Notes: generated from the sequence alone by a model not told the origin. 56,851 nucleotides of DNA from Macrostomum lignano (GCA_002269645.1 NIVC01002399.1:1-56851), one strand, 5' to 3'; counted from the first letter of the stretch, positions 26,824 through 38,952 are shown. Program-made: numbers and translations.

Positions 26824-27631
26824 CGGAGAACTTGGTGGACACGCGTTCGTGCAGAATTCGCCGATAGAGCGACGATGTGCTGGAATCGTTCTGCCGGCCC
26901 TCCTCGATCAGCGAGTCAACGTAGACATACTCGTATCGGAAGCTTGGCTCGAGTTTCAAATGATGATCGAGCGCCTGCTGGATGAGTTTGCACTGCACAA
27001 AGTCCAGATAGTAATGCGGCCGTCGCTTTGTCATCACGTTGTTCATCGTGACGTAGAACATCCCTCTCCACCGGCCCAGATTCCGAATGAAAGCGCGCAA
27101 CGCTTTGTAGATCTCGTCGGCGGTAGTTCCAATACGAATAGTCTGCTTCATGTTGACCAGATTACTAGAAATTGCTCCCGTAGATACTACGGCATCCGTA
27201 GGCTGCAGCATGTACTGCTGGACATTGTTCATCGGATATGAACAAGGTACTCCGACAATGAACCGCGGCTCAGTGGAAGTTTCCCTACCGCTGCTTCTCT
27301 GGGCGCAAGTTAAATTGATAATCTGTTTCAGCGACACGTTGTGCTCGCAGCCGAAGTCAACGTAGACCTCTTGCAAATTGATTCGATCAGCCAGTGCTCG
27401 GCGCACCACTTGATGCTGCTTGGCCACGTGAAACACTGGTTTGAGCAGTTGAATCGGACTCATCACCTCTAGTTGAGTATTGTAGTCTGAAGCCAGCACT
27501 AGAGCGGTAACGTTGGCAGGCTCCCTGATCGGAATGAACGCGGAAGCGACCTCAAACAGCATCACTATAGCAACGAAGGCTAGAGCTATTGGTGTCCATA
27601 GGAACAGCGGCGTCGAAGATTTCAACGGCAT
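26824..27631 (-). CDS. ANF-receptor cassette 3, single exon
   Basis: ATG at 27631. Hydrophobic signal (FLWTPIALAFVAIVMLFEVASA), LLKPVFHVA, YVDFGC, FIVGVPCSY, VVSTGA, IRIG, GRW, VQC, ...TKFS. Donor G|GTAAGA, phase 1. 808 nt (269 codons + 1). Confidence 0.88.
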
Positions 27632-27821
27632 CAGGTATGTGCGCTGAGTCTTTGAATTGAGGTGACAAAAGTCAGACAATTCGATGGCTTTAGGTAGGAA
27701 AATTCGCCAGTGTTTATTAAAGTGACGCTTCTGAGGTTGCCTCTCTTTCTGTCCTTCTCTCCCTCGCACTCTCTTCTCTTACACTCGCGTCGCAGTGTGA
27801 CCTCAAAAGCCAGCCTCCGAG

Positions 27822-27826
27822 CCAAT
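27822..27826 (-). promoter_or_regulatory. CCAAT box upstream of cassette 3
   Basis: agCCAATga, 191 bp upstream of the ATG. Confidence 0.4.
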
Positions 27827-28989
27827 GAGGGGCCCGTCGTGCCTAACGCCTCAGCAACTCAGTTTTTGCACTCCTACATGCTTCTGCATGCATGCTGCTA
27901 TACCAAGCCAGTGCTTCGTTTGAAGAACTGTAACGTGCGGGCTAGGATGTCACACCGAATTTGCCTGCCCGTCTTGTCATCTCGTTGCCTAGGGGAGTGG
28001 TGATCTGAAAGATGCGCTTAACAATTGATAAATGGCTGGCTTAATGCTTTGATAAAATGTGTGTACAGCTTTTTCTAAACTGTCTTGCTGAAAGCATTTC
28101 AATCTCAGTACTTCGTAGTTTGTTTATGGCGTTGAATTTGAATGTGCGTCAAAGCCGGTCCTCTCTGTTTTAACTCAGCTGTTTATCACAATAGAAGTAT
28201 AAGGAAGATTATATGGAAGGATAGTGAAACTGTACGACTATTAGATGTAGATATTTACTTGTCCTATAATTTCGCAACAAGGAGCCCTGTAATTAGTTCA
28301 ATGCGCGCTTTTCAGAATTTTGTCGTCAGATTTTGCTGACGAATTTCGCTGAGTTCATTGCCGCTCGAAAACATCAAATTATTGGTTGCGTTTGTCAAAA
28401 TGCCCGTTGAAAGACGAAGCAAAGACAAGTAGAAGAAGCTAATTTCTGAGTTTAAAACGCGCCCTACTCTTGGTTTAGGAGTTTTTTCAGAGTCGAATAA
28501 ATATTTTTTTTCGCCTTTATCACCACCTGAGACTGTAAAATTAAACGCAGTAAGCTTTCAGCACTTCAGTAGAAAAGAGTGGTGGAGTAATAAATGCTTC
28601 TGCGACCTTCTGGCTATCAATCCTTAGCCTTCACACTATCCTTTTGCTAAGCCAGAAACTCACCTGCCTGTCAGGAAATTTACCGCATCATCTTACGGGC
28701 AAAACTAATGGTTTTGAGATGATAAGGAAGTCAGGCCGTCTGTAGATTTCCTAGAAAAGAACTTCCAAGCACATTTGAGGAGCAGATTAAGTAGGTTATT
28801 GACACTTATGTAGACTTTTGACGAAGGAAGCTGACTTGAGGGGGCCGAATTCAGGAACTGATATGAGAGCCTGGATTTGAGAGATGTTTTGCGATTGGAG
28901 GACTAGACATAGGGAGCTAATACTCGAGAAACTGGATTCAAGGGACTGGATTCCGTAAAATGGAGTGGTGGGACTGGAGTTATGAGACT

Positions 28990-29713
28990 GGACTTAAGGA
29001 AATGGACTTGGGAGACTGGACTTGGGAGACTGGACTTGGGAGACTGGACTTGGGAGACTGGACTTGGGAGACTGGACTTGGGAGACTGGACTTGGGAGAC
29101 TGGACTTGGGAGACTGGACTTGGGAGACTGGACTTGGGAGACTGGACTTGGGAGACTGGACTTGGGAGACTGGACTTGGGAGACTGGACTTGGGAGACTG
29201 GACTTGGGAGACTGGACTTGGGAGACTGGACTTGGGAGACTGGACTTGGGAGACTGGACTTGGGAGACTGGACTTGGGAGACTGGACTTGGGAGACTGGA
29301 CTTGGGAGACTGGACTTGGGAGACTGGACTTGGGAGACTGGACTTGGGAGACTGGACTTGGGAGACTGGACTTGGGAGACTGGACTTGGGAGACTGGACT
29401 TGGGAGAATGGACTTGGGAGAATGGACTTGGGAGACTGGACTTGGGAGACTGGACTTGGGAGACTGGACTTGGGAGACTGGACTTGGGAGACTGGACTTG
29501 GGAGACTGGACTTGGGAGACTGGACTTGGGAGACTGGACTTGGGAGACTGGACTTGGGAGACTGGACTTGGGAGACTGGACTTGGGAGACTGGACTTGGG
29601 AGACTGGACTTGGGAGACTGGACTTGGGAGACTGGACTTGGAAGACTGGACTTGGGAGACTGGACTTGGGAGACTGGACTTGGGAGACTGGACTTGGGAG
29701 ACTGGACTTGGGA
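28990..29713. repeat. 14-bp minisatellite (gggagactggactt), ~51 copies
   Basis: Direct inspection. Confidence 0.97.
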
Positions 29714-30095
29714 AATAGAATGAATCTGGGATTGAATGACTCACTCTTATTACTAACATAAGTAGACTAGTTTAGTAGCGATTTAAGCGGCAGGCAGATG
29801 ACAGAAATATGAAACGCGGCAATCAAAGTTTGCAGCTGCTTCACAGCTTCAAAGCCTTCTCAAGGGGAATTGCTGGGATGTCAAGGCTTACGGGAGAATT
29901 GCAAAGAGGTCAGAAAAAATGTATTCCAATCTTTGTTACCTCCCGAAACGGGGAGGGGCGCTGATTGCAAGTTTTTTCTCTAAACAGATTTTTCGATGCA
30001 GAATTTAACTTCAGAAACTTGTAGATCAAGTTATGATAAGCACAAGATAATAAAAAGAAAACGCTAATTTTCTGAAGTATAAAACTAAAATAAAT

Positions 30096-30254
30096 GTCAC
30101 CACACACACCCTCAATTACCCCAGCTAATGCTGGCACCCATTCTACAGCTGGGTGAATTGAAGAAATACAGAGTTACATGTCTTGCTCAAGGATACAAAT
30201 TATTCCAAGTGGGTCAGAAATCGAACCCCGGACCTTTCAGTCGTGAGTCCGACC
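30096..30254 (-). mobile_element. tRNA-derived SINE-like copy B
   Basis: Reverse strand reads ggtcggactcacgactgaaaggtccggggttcgatttc...cagctgtagaatgggtgccagcattagctggggtaatt, sharing head and core with copy A. Confidence 0.65.
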
Positions 30255-30364
30255 AGGTGCGTCGCCATCCGGGGGGGACAGGGGGGGGGGAACATGTCCC
30301 CCCCCAGTAAAAGCTTGGTCCCCCCATCCCACCTTGTGACCCGTTGTGGTAAATTTATCTTCTG

Positions 30365-30530
30365 GGCGCCAAAATATAGCGCCTTCGGTGCTAAAATGAG
30401 TGCCTGCGGCGCCAAAAGGAATGCTTGCGGCGCCAAAATGAGTGCCTGCGGCGCCAAAATGAGTGCCTGCGGCGCCAAAAGGAATGCCTGCGGCGCCAAA
30501 ATGAGTGCCTGCGGCGCCAAAATGAGCGCT
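30365..30530. repeat. 21-bp minisatellite (ggcgccaaaatgagtgcctgc), ~8 copies, behind a G/C-run motif (caggtgcgtcgccatccgggggg) typical of non-autonomous DNA-element ends
   Basis: Direct inspection; element boundaries and TSD not resolved. Confidence 0.85.
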
Positions 30531-31706
30531 GACAACACGATTCTCAAATTGATGGAAATGCAGGAATTTAGTCATGTACATGTACATGTTGAATTCTTAG
30601 CCTTATCCCCCCATAAAATCCATGGCAACGTCCCTGAATCGGATGCTCTAGGCTACAATCCCCTAGATAACTATAACTTGCGTTATTCCTGCCTCATCAT
30701 GATCCACTTTCAGCCTCAAGTGGCCAAGCAGAATCAATGACATATGAACAGCTACTGACGTCAATCACCAGCTAAAGTCTAAGAGAAATGATTGATGTCG
30801 ATGTTGCTAAGTAAAATATGGAGTCACAAATGGAGGCAATCAGTCAGAATTGCCTAAAGACTCATGAGTGAGTAGTCAAGACTGCATGAAATATTCATGC
30901 TAGGCTTTGCATTTCCCCATCGGGTACTTCGTGCATTGCTTCTGTCTTATAAGGATCTGGAAACTTGAAGGCACGAATTAAGTCTTGTTCAAGGACTAGA
31001 GAGAGACGTTCGATAAATCAATTACGAGCTATTATTTTTGGAAAGAATAACTTTTTAATAAGGTCAAGGACAGCAGTTGTTGCTGGTCGATAGAAGGAGC
31101 CAAACAATTCTGCACTGCTTTTCACACAGTTCATGGCAGTCAAAATGCCTGCTTCACCTTCGATTCGGGCATAGCGGAGGAAATGGAGCAAGCACTGGGC
31201 GAGTACTAAATGCTAATCAGATGGTATGGATTTCTAATGGACGCATCGGGAGGCTTCATTCTCGTGGCATAAATTCTATCTACAATAAGATACTGATAAT
31301 GGGAATCTCTACCACGCCCTCTCAACCGAGGAGACCCAGCGTGATAAGGGCTCCGGCAGGGTCATCGATTCAAAAAAATGAACCTCCCGCGCCAAGCGTT
31401 TTTGCTCCGGGATGAAAGGCGAGCTGGTGTCCTCTAGAAGGGGCGGCCCCGGCCCCAAGGGATCGAACGGGATAGAGCGGAAGCGATGGAGGAGCAAGTG
31501 ACACAGCAGGGGCAGCTCACTTCTCAGCTGACTTCTGATTGGCTGCCAAGCTGATCTGCTCCAGCAGCTCATCTATTTAGCTGCGCCATTTTGGAGGCAA
31601 ACCTCCCAAGCCAGTCTTATCGCGTCTATAATCCATAATTAAATCGATCGCTAATCTCTAAGAAGCAAATCTGGCGGGCAACACTGCAGCCACTACCCGT
31701 CACCGC

Positions 31707-32615
31707 TTGTGGACCAGTTCCCAGGCTCTGCGACCTCTCGTTGCCACGGTCGACGGCGACAGCGCTAGCGGTGGCGACTGCGGAGACGGAGCAGCCTCGG
31801 TGACAGCCAAGGACATCCTGTTGCACTTCTGCCACGGCACAAGCCTCAGAGGCATTCCCCGAATCGTGTCCAGCAGAGCCAACAGGCAGCTGCAGGCACT
31901 GTGGATTGTCTTCGTGAGCTTGCTTATGTCTGCCTGTCTAGTCAACCTGTACTACATCATCCGACTGTACTTTAGCTACGACGTAGTCCAGCTGCCCGTG
32001 CACACCATCCGACCGGACGCGGCGTTTCCATCCGTGACGATCTGTAATCAGAATCCAATTAGTCTTAGGGGCCATCGGCTGCTGCGGCAGAGGGGCTGGC
32101 CGGGGCCCAGGGATTTCTTCCGGTTGGCATGGAAACGCCGGACTCAAATGCATCCATCAAATGGTGGCAACATATCCAAGAGCGACGCCGGAAATCTAAG
32201 AAATTACATCAGCGGACTGCTGTCCTTCAATGCCTACTTTGCAAACCTGCCGAAGGGCTCAGATCCACACGAGCTGGGCCACTCCAAGGAGGATCTGATC
32301 CGAAGCTGCTACCTGCTTGTGCAGTCGTCTACCTCAGGCAAGGAGCCGCCGGTGAATAGTCCGAGATGCGACCACCTGGGCTGGTGGCGGCAGGTGTACG
32401 ATCAGAACAGGCTGAACTGCTACACATACATGGCTGACCGGCAGCACGAGAATGACGCTGTGGTGGAGATGGAGCTGAGGCTGTTCCTCGGTCACGAGTT
32501 GAACTTTGACTGCTCCGATTGCGTACTGATGGACGTGAGCAGCCAGACTAGGGGGGCCACAGTGGTGCTGCACCCAAACGGCACCTACCCGGATGTGCAG
32601 AGAGACGGATTTACG
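31707..32615 (+). CDS. DEG/ENaC (amiloride-sensitive sodium channel family) subunit, coding exon 1; true start codon unresolved
   Basis: FCHGTSLRGIPRI pre-M1 motif, TM1 (LWIVFVSLLMSACL), signature FPSVTICNQNP, NCYTY, HPNGTYPD...DGFT. Donor ACG|GTACGT, phase 0. Frame is open from 31662 but has no ATG before TM1. Confidence 0.9.
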
Positions 32616-32885
32616 GTACGTTGGCTGCCCGCTGCGGGTCTATGTAATATTCATCCAATTCGGATTTCGTGCTAATCCACGCAGATGCGACCACCATCGA
32701 ATAAGTTAATTAGCTGTTGAGTAGTTCTCAAATTATGGGAGAGCGTTATTATCAGATAGGAATAATTTTGCCATTGTGACGCATGAATATTAAATGATTT
32801 CATATTTATATTGCCTAAGGGTGCAGTGCAAAGAAAATTCTTGACCCGAATATTTTTAAAAAACTGTTTTGTTATGGCACCGCAT

Positions 32886-34003
32886 AAATCCAGACACAAA
32901 TCAATTCAGACACAAACCAATTCAGACACAAACCAATTCAGACACAAACCAATTCAGACACAAACCAATTCAGACACAAATCAATTCAGACACAAATCAA
33001 TTCAGGCACAAACCAATTCAGACACAAACCAATTCAGACACAAACCAATTCAAACACAAACCAATTCAGACACAAACCAATTCAGACACAAACCAATTCA
33101 GACACAAACCAATTCAGACACAAACCAATTCAGACACAAACCAATTCAGACACAAACCAATTCAGACACAAACCAATTCAGACACAAACCAATTCAGACA
33201 CAAACCAATTCAGACACAAACCAATTCAGACACAAACCAATTCAGACACAAACCAATTCAGACACAAACCAATTCAGACACAAACTAATTCAGACACAAA
33301 CCAATTCAGACACAAATCAATCCAGACACAAACCAATCCAGACACAAATCAATTCAGACACAAACCAATCCAGACACAAATCAATCCAGACACAAATCAA
33401 TCCAGACACAAATCAATTCAGACACAAGTCAATCGAGACACAAACCAATTCAGACACAAACCAATTCAGACACAAACCAATTCAGACACAAACCAATTCA
33501 GACACAAACCAATTCAGACACAAACCAATTCCGACACAAATCAATTCAGACACAAATCAATTCAGACACAAACAAATTCAGACACAAACCAATTCAGACA
33601 CAAATCAATTCAGACACAAATCAATTCAGACACAAATCAATTCAGACACAAATCAATTCAGACACAAACCAATTCAGACACAAACCAATTCAGACACAAA
33701 TCAATCCAGACACAAACCAATTCAGACACAAATCAATTCAGACACAAATCAATCCAGACACAAACCAATTCAGACACAAACCAATTCAGACACAAACCAA
33801 TCCAGACACAAATCAATTCAGACACAAACCAATTCAGACACAAACCAATTCAGACACAAACCAATTCAGACACAAACCAATTCAGACACAAACCAATTCA
33901 GACACAAACCAATTCCGACACAAACCAATTTAGACACAAATCAATCCAGACACAAACCAATTCAGACACAAACCAATTCAGACACAAATCAATTCAAAGA
34001 CAA
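32886..34003. repeat. 16-bp minisatellite (aaccaattcagacaca), ~70 copies, filling the ENaC intron
   Basis: Direct inspection. Confidence 0.97.
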
Positions 34004-34073
34004 ATCAGATACTACTAAACACAGCCAGCGATGACCTTAACTTCTGGCTAACTCAAACGTCGCCCCCACCCAG

Positions 34074-35078
34074 GTGTACCCCGGCACCCTGACCGAAGTA
34101 ACATTCGCTACCCTGAACTGGACCAGACTCGGCCCACCCTACGGCAACTGCGACCCCAACCCGCCAAGTTACCTCAACATCGCCAACACCGAGGGAACCG
34201 ACTCGAGCAGTGCTCAGAATTCGAACCAGAACCAACAACAGCAGCAGCAGCGGCAGGAGCACCGCAACCATCAGAAGCTGTTCGCCTACACCAGCAGAGC
34301 CTGCCACAAGCTCAGCCTGCTCAGCCGAATTCAATCCGACTGCAACTGCAGCTTCGCCTTCCTGCTGCCGCACGCTCCGATCTCGTCGGTTCAACCGACT
34401 GTCTGCGAGAGCCTCGACGCTGACAACACGATAAACTTCAGCAGTTCCGGCCTCTTGCGCGCCATCAACCGGACTCGATGCGGCATGCTGGGAGCCTTTG
34501 CCAACTTTGACAGCGGCTGCCGAGAGCCGTGCAGCCACTTCTCCTATCAGATAGCAACGACGCAGTCGCAGTGGCCTCGGGAGTCAATGCTGGCCAACAT
34601 TTTCAAATATGAGCTGGCCAACGACAAGGACCTGGACCTGAACAGCAACTCGAGTGCGGAGCTCAGCAGCCAGGAGTGGCAGCTGGCCGAGATGTACGAG
34701 CAGGTACGTCAGCTGATCCCTAACAGCACCGCCAACGCCAGCTCTCTGCTGAAGCAGCTCGGCCTCATCAGCGACAGCTTTGTCACGCTGAAAGTGACTA
34801 GAAAGGATTTCTCAGTGACACAGATTGCGGAGAAGCCGGTGCAAACTTTGGCATCAACTTTCAGCCAAGTTGGCGGCCTGCTATCCATGTGGATCGGCCT
34901 CACCTTTGTGTGGCTTGTCGAGCTACTTGATCTGGGACTTCAGCTGCTGCAGCTGCTCTACCGACGGCTGTCCACTGACGGTCACAGGAAGTCTTCGTCA
35001 ACGGAGAGCAAGTCGGTCAGACTATCGAGGCTGTCGCCGGGACAGCTGGACTCAGCTGACAATGGCACCGCAGTTTAA
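34074..35078 (+). CDS. DEG/ENaC subunit, terminal coding exon
   Basis: Acceptor cgcccccacccag|GTG TAC CCC gives DGFT-VYPGT. RLGPPYGNC, YTSRAC...CNC, CREPC...Y cysteine-rich domain, TM2 SQVGGLLSMWIGLTFVWLVE. Stop TAA at 35076-35078. Confidence 0.93.
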   Translation: MYPGTLTEVTFATLNWTRLGPPYGNCDPNPPSYLNIANTEGTDSSSAQNSNQNQQQQQQRQEHRNHQKLFAYTSRACHKLSLLSRIQSDCNCSFAFLLPHAPISSVQPTVCESLDADNTINFSSSGLLRAINRTRCGMLGAFANFDSGCREPCSHFSYQIATTQSQWPRESMLANIFKYELANDKDLDLNSNSSAELSSQEWQLAEMYEQVRQLIPNSTANASSLLKQLGLISDSFVTLKVTRKDFSVTQIAEKPVQTLASTFSQVGGLLSMWIGLTFVWLVELLDLGLQLLQLLYRRLSTDGHRKSSSTESKSVRLSRLSPGQLDSADNGTAV

Positions 35079-35759
35079 AATATGAGGACTCAGCTGACAA
35101 TGGCACCCCAGTTTGAAAAATGAGGACTCAGCTGACAATGGCACCGCAGTTTAAAATATGAGGACTCAGCTGACAATGACACCCCAGTTTGTAATATGAG
35201 GACTCAGCTGACAGTGGCACCCCAGATTGAAATATGAGGACTCAGCTGACAATGACACCCCAGTTTGTAATATGAGGACTCAGCTGACAGTGGCACCCCA
35301 GATTGAAATATGAGGACTCAGCTGACAATGGCACACCAGTTCAAGGCTACAGTAGCTAGAGGACTCAGCTGACAATGGCACCCCAGTTCAAGGCTACAGT
35401 AGGAGGACTCAGCTGACAATGGCACCCCAGTTCAAGGCTACAGTAGGAGGACTCAGCTGACAATGGCACCCCAGTTCAAGGCTACAGTAGGAGGACTCAG
35501 CTGACAATGGCACCCCAGTTCAAGGCTACAGTAGGAGGACTCAGCTGACAATGGCATCCCAGTTCAAGGCTACAGTAGGAGGACTCAGCTGACAATGGCA
35601 CCCCAGTCCAAGGCTACAGTAGGAGGACTCAGCTGACAAAAGCACCCCAGTTCAAGGCTACAGTAGGAGGACTCAACTGACAATGGCACCCCAGTTCAAG
35701 GCAACAGTAGGAGGACTCAGCTGACAATGGCACCCCAGTTCAAGGCTACAGTAGGAGGA
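35048..35759. repeat. Minisatellite derived from the ENaC stop-codon region: ~7 x 38 bp, then ~10 x 44 bp
   Basis: Unit ggactcagctgacaatggcaccgcagtttaaaatatga; the first copy is the last codons of the CDS (DSADNGTAV*). Confidence 0.95.
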
Positions 35760-36514
35760 TTAAATTGAAAATATCCCACCTGAACGTCTATATTTGGCTT
35801 GAGTTGTTCTCACAGTTTCGTCAAGATAGAAGGGAAAAACTTTTGAAAAGCAGGAAACAAGCAGACTTCTATCAGCGCAACTTGGATTTTTTTAGCAGTG
35901 AAGATTTTCCATTTTCAATTTATCCATTTCATAGAAAATACCAGTAATTTCGCTTGTCGACCGGTCTCAAATAATGATAGTTTAGCCAAATCCACCAGAT
36001 GAAACCTGCGAAATGACATCCGGACAAGCCACACAAGCTAGAATTACATCACTTGTTAGAGTAGAGTCCTTCTGCTTGAGTAGTCTGTGACTTCCGCAAA
36101 GTCTTAACTTAGAAGAGTCGGTTAACTTATCGATAAACTTGGTGATGGCAATAAGAATGACAATCAGGAAACTCACCATGAGACTGTTTTCATATTTGTA
36201 AATAAATAAAATTTTACACCGCGTCAGCAAGCTTAAATAAATTTCCAGTTGCGCGTTCTCGCTCTTGGCTTTGCTCTGCTTAAGCAAGAAAAAACTAAAG
36301 ATATCGGATAGTTTCTACTGGCAGTAGTAACAAGGAAACGCAAAAAATTGGTTTGAGTACGAACAATGCATTAGAAATAAACCCAGCGTCTAGAACTCAG
36401 AAAACCTATAGGAACTCAGGAGACCCAGTGTGATCCAGTGATAACATATAGTCACGAAAGATGAGACTTCCCACACTGAACACCTTCAACTAATGGTGCG
36501 CATTCAAACATCCG

Positions 36515-36627
36515 TTACCAACAGTGCAAACTCCGCCAAAGCCGGTCCCAAGCCAGGTTGAAAACCTCCCGGTTAGACCTCCGGTTCGTCGCTGGGGACG
36601 GTTTGGCAGCGCCTTTAGGCGTCGTCG
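36515..36627 (-). CDS. Candidate private terminal exon for cassette 4
   Basis: Acceptor gttatggcatttag|CG is phase-1 compatible after a 107-bp intron. Reads STTPKGAAKPSPATNRRSNREVFNLAWDRLWRSLHCW*. Weak. Confidence 0.22.
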
Positions 36628-36734
36628 CTAAATGCCATAACGTGAACCGAGTGACACAAAACCCAGCCCAGCACCTTCCCTGGTCGTGCTGGCAATCTGA
36701 CCAAGGCTACAACAACAACCAACAGTGCACTCAC

Positions 36735-37150
36735 AGCTCTTGCCGCTGCCAACCTTAGTCAGCAGAACTTGTTCAGCGGTCATGGAGCCCACAACCTCGA
36801 ATACGCAGTCGATGTTAACCGACTTGGACTGCCGGATGCACCAGTCCATAATGCAGGTGCAAACGGATCTCGTCTCCGGTATGTCACCCTCGGGTCGGTG
36901 AGTTGGCCATTTGAAGATGACGGCGACCCTCAGCCATCGATGCGACTGCATGAACTGCTGAATCATGTGGCCGAAGTCCTGCGCGCCGAACGGAGTCACT
37001 CGAATTAAAGTTGTCTCAGTTTTATTGCTGAACGAATGGTGCACAGATCCGGAGGTGAGAATGGGGATGGCGCTGTGGTAGGCGAACGGAATGAACTGCG
37101 TCATGGCGTAGTCAGTCAGCGGTCCGAAGAATGCGTGCACACACAGGCGG
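36735..37150 (-). CDS. ANF-receptor cassette 4, exon b
   Basis: Acceptor ctttgctcaacctcgcag|C CGC CTG (phase 2) gives G-RLCVHAFFGPLTDYAM...IPILTSGS...LIRVTP...HRW...VCTCIMD...KVGSGKS. Donor T|GTGAGT, phase 1. Confidence 0.87.
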
Positions 37151-37202
37151 CTGCGAGGTTGAGCAAAGCGAGAGGTGAGGCGAGTCCGACTGTTCTACTA
37201 GC

Positions 37203-38052
37203 TGACTCTCCCTGTCTGACTCTCCCTGTCTGACTCTCCCTGTCTGACTCTCCCTGTCTGACTCTCCCTGTCTGACTCTATTTGTCTGACTCTCCCTGTC
37301 TGACTCTCCCTGTCTGACTCTCCCTGTCTGACTCTCCCTGTCTGACTCTCCCTGTCTGACTCTCCCTGTCTGACTCTCCCTGTCTGACTCTCCCTGTCTG
37401 ACTCTCCCTGTCTGACTCTCCCTGTCTGACTCTCCCTGTCTGACTCTCCCTGTCTGACTCTCCCTGTCTGACTCTCCCTGTCTGACTCTCCCTGTCTGAC
37501 TCTATTTGTCTGACTCTCCCTGTCTGACTCTATTTGTCTGACTCTCCCTGTCTGACTCTCCCTGTCTTGACTCTCCCTGTCTGACTCTATTTGTCTGACT
37601 CTCCCTGTCTGACTCTCCCTGTCTGACTCTCCTTGTCTGACTCTCCCTGTCTGACTCTCCCTGTCTTGACTCTCCCTGTCTGACTCTCCCTGTCTGACTC
37701 TCCCTGTCTTGACTCTCCCTGTCTGACTCTATTTGTCTGACTCTCCTTGTCTGACTCTTCCTGTCTGACTCTCCCTGTTTGACTCTTCCTGTCTGACGAA
37801 TCGAATTTCTCTGACACTCCCTGTCTGACTCTCCCTGCCTGACTCTCCCTGTCTGACTCTATTTGTCTGACTCTCCTTGTCTGACACTCCCTATCTGACT
37901 CTCCCTGTTTGACTCTTCCTGTCTGACAAATCGAATTTCTCTGACTCTCCCTGTCTGAGTCTTCCTGTCTGACTCTATTTGTCTGACTCCCCTTGTCTGA
38001 ATCACCCTTTCTGACTCTCCCTGTCTGTCTGACTCTTCCTATCTGACTCTCC
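37203..38052. repeat. 14-bp minisatellite (ctccctgtctgact), decaying to the right
   Basis: Direct inspection. Confidence 0.96.
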
Positions 38053-38952
38053 GTGTTAATTTAATTACAGGCAGCGGGCTGTGTGCACCCTGGCGCACTT
38101 TAAGCGACATTGTCACACAACCGACGAGAGGCATTGCTGACCATTCCGCCGGCTCCCCTGAGCAGACACACAAGCGCGCGGATACGTACGCAGTCATACG
38201 CACAGGCACACACTCACACAGGAGTGTACAGCGGCACTAACTTTATTTACCGTCTGACATGTACACTTCACTGTGCCTTAGGGGTTGGCCTTCAAAGGCG
38301 TTAATTGCACGAGCAGAGCCTAGCCGAGATTCCAATTTTGGAATCGAGCCTGGGCCGCCTGGCACTCAAGACTCTCCCTATCACACAAGACGTCAGTGCA
38401 CAGGTTGATGCGCTCGATCACTCCAAATCTGCATCAGTCAGACCTAAGCGTGAGTGTGCGGTGAGCCAGCTTCCGCGATCCAAAAATTAATTTTCCACTC
38501 CTACCCATTCCAGCTTCTGTAAGGAGAGATGATGCTTCAATTAATTATCCAAGTCTCGTGGATTTTACGCTCTTACAGCTCATCTGATGAAAAGAAAAAA
38601 CCACCCCCAGGGAAATGAAAAGGCGAAAGAGATAAGGAAAGGAGAAAATGAGATGAATTAATTTCTTACTTTGATTACATTCATACAGCGCAGCGACCTG
38701 ACTTCGCTCGCACGTGATTTGCGTTGCTAATTACTCCCGAATTGTCATTTGATAAACAGAGCGTGCTGGGGCTGAAGTTTGCGGCCGAGCATGATGAAGG
38801 CTCTATGGTGGGAAAGCTTTTTATCCTGGGCTGAAAATTCTCTTAAGTTTCTGGCCTGATTATGAACGAAACATGAATGTAGGAGTTGAAACAAAGTCTG
38901 AAGTGCGTAACAGATTTTGGTTATAGGGAGTCCTAGAATTACTGAAGTATAG

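Noticed and set aside
28960-29761. WTWETGLGRLDLGD / SPVSQVQSPKSSLP repeat 'proteins'
   Set aside because: Translations of a 14-bp minisatellite, open on both strands, with no splice or domain support.
30200-30254. Possible tRNA gene
   Set aside because: Only the anticodon/T-arm-like part is present, with no acceptor stem or D-arm; better explained as a SINE head.
32811-34034. 407-aa QTQTNSDTNQFRHK ORF
   Set aside because: Lies wholly within the ENaC intron and derives from a 16-bp repeat.
35982-36287. 101-aa minus-strand ORF with a good donor (ATG|GTGAGT) near cassette 4
   Set aside because: Its acceptors are phase 0, incompatible with the phase-1 cassette donor, and there is no homology. 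It cannot be excluded without RNA data.
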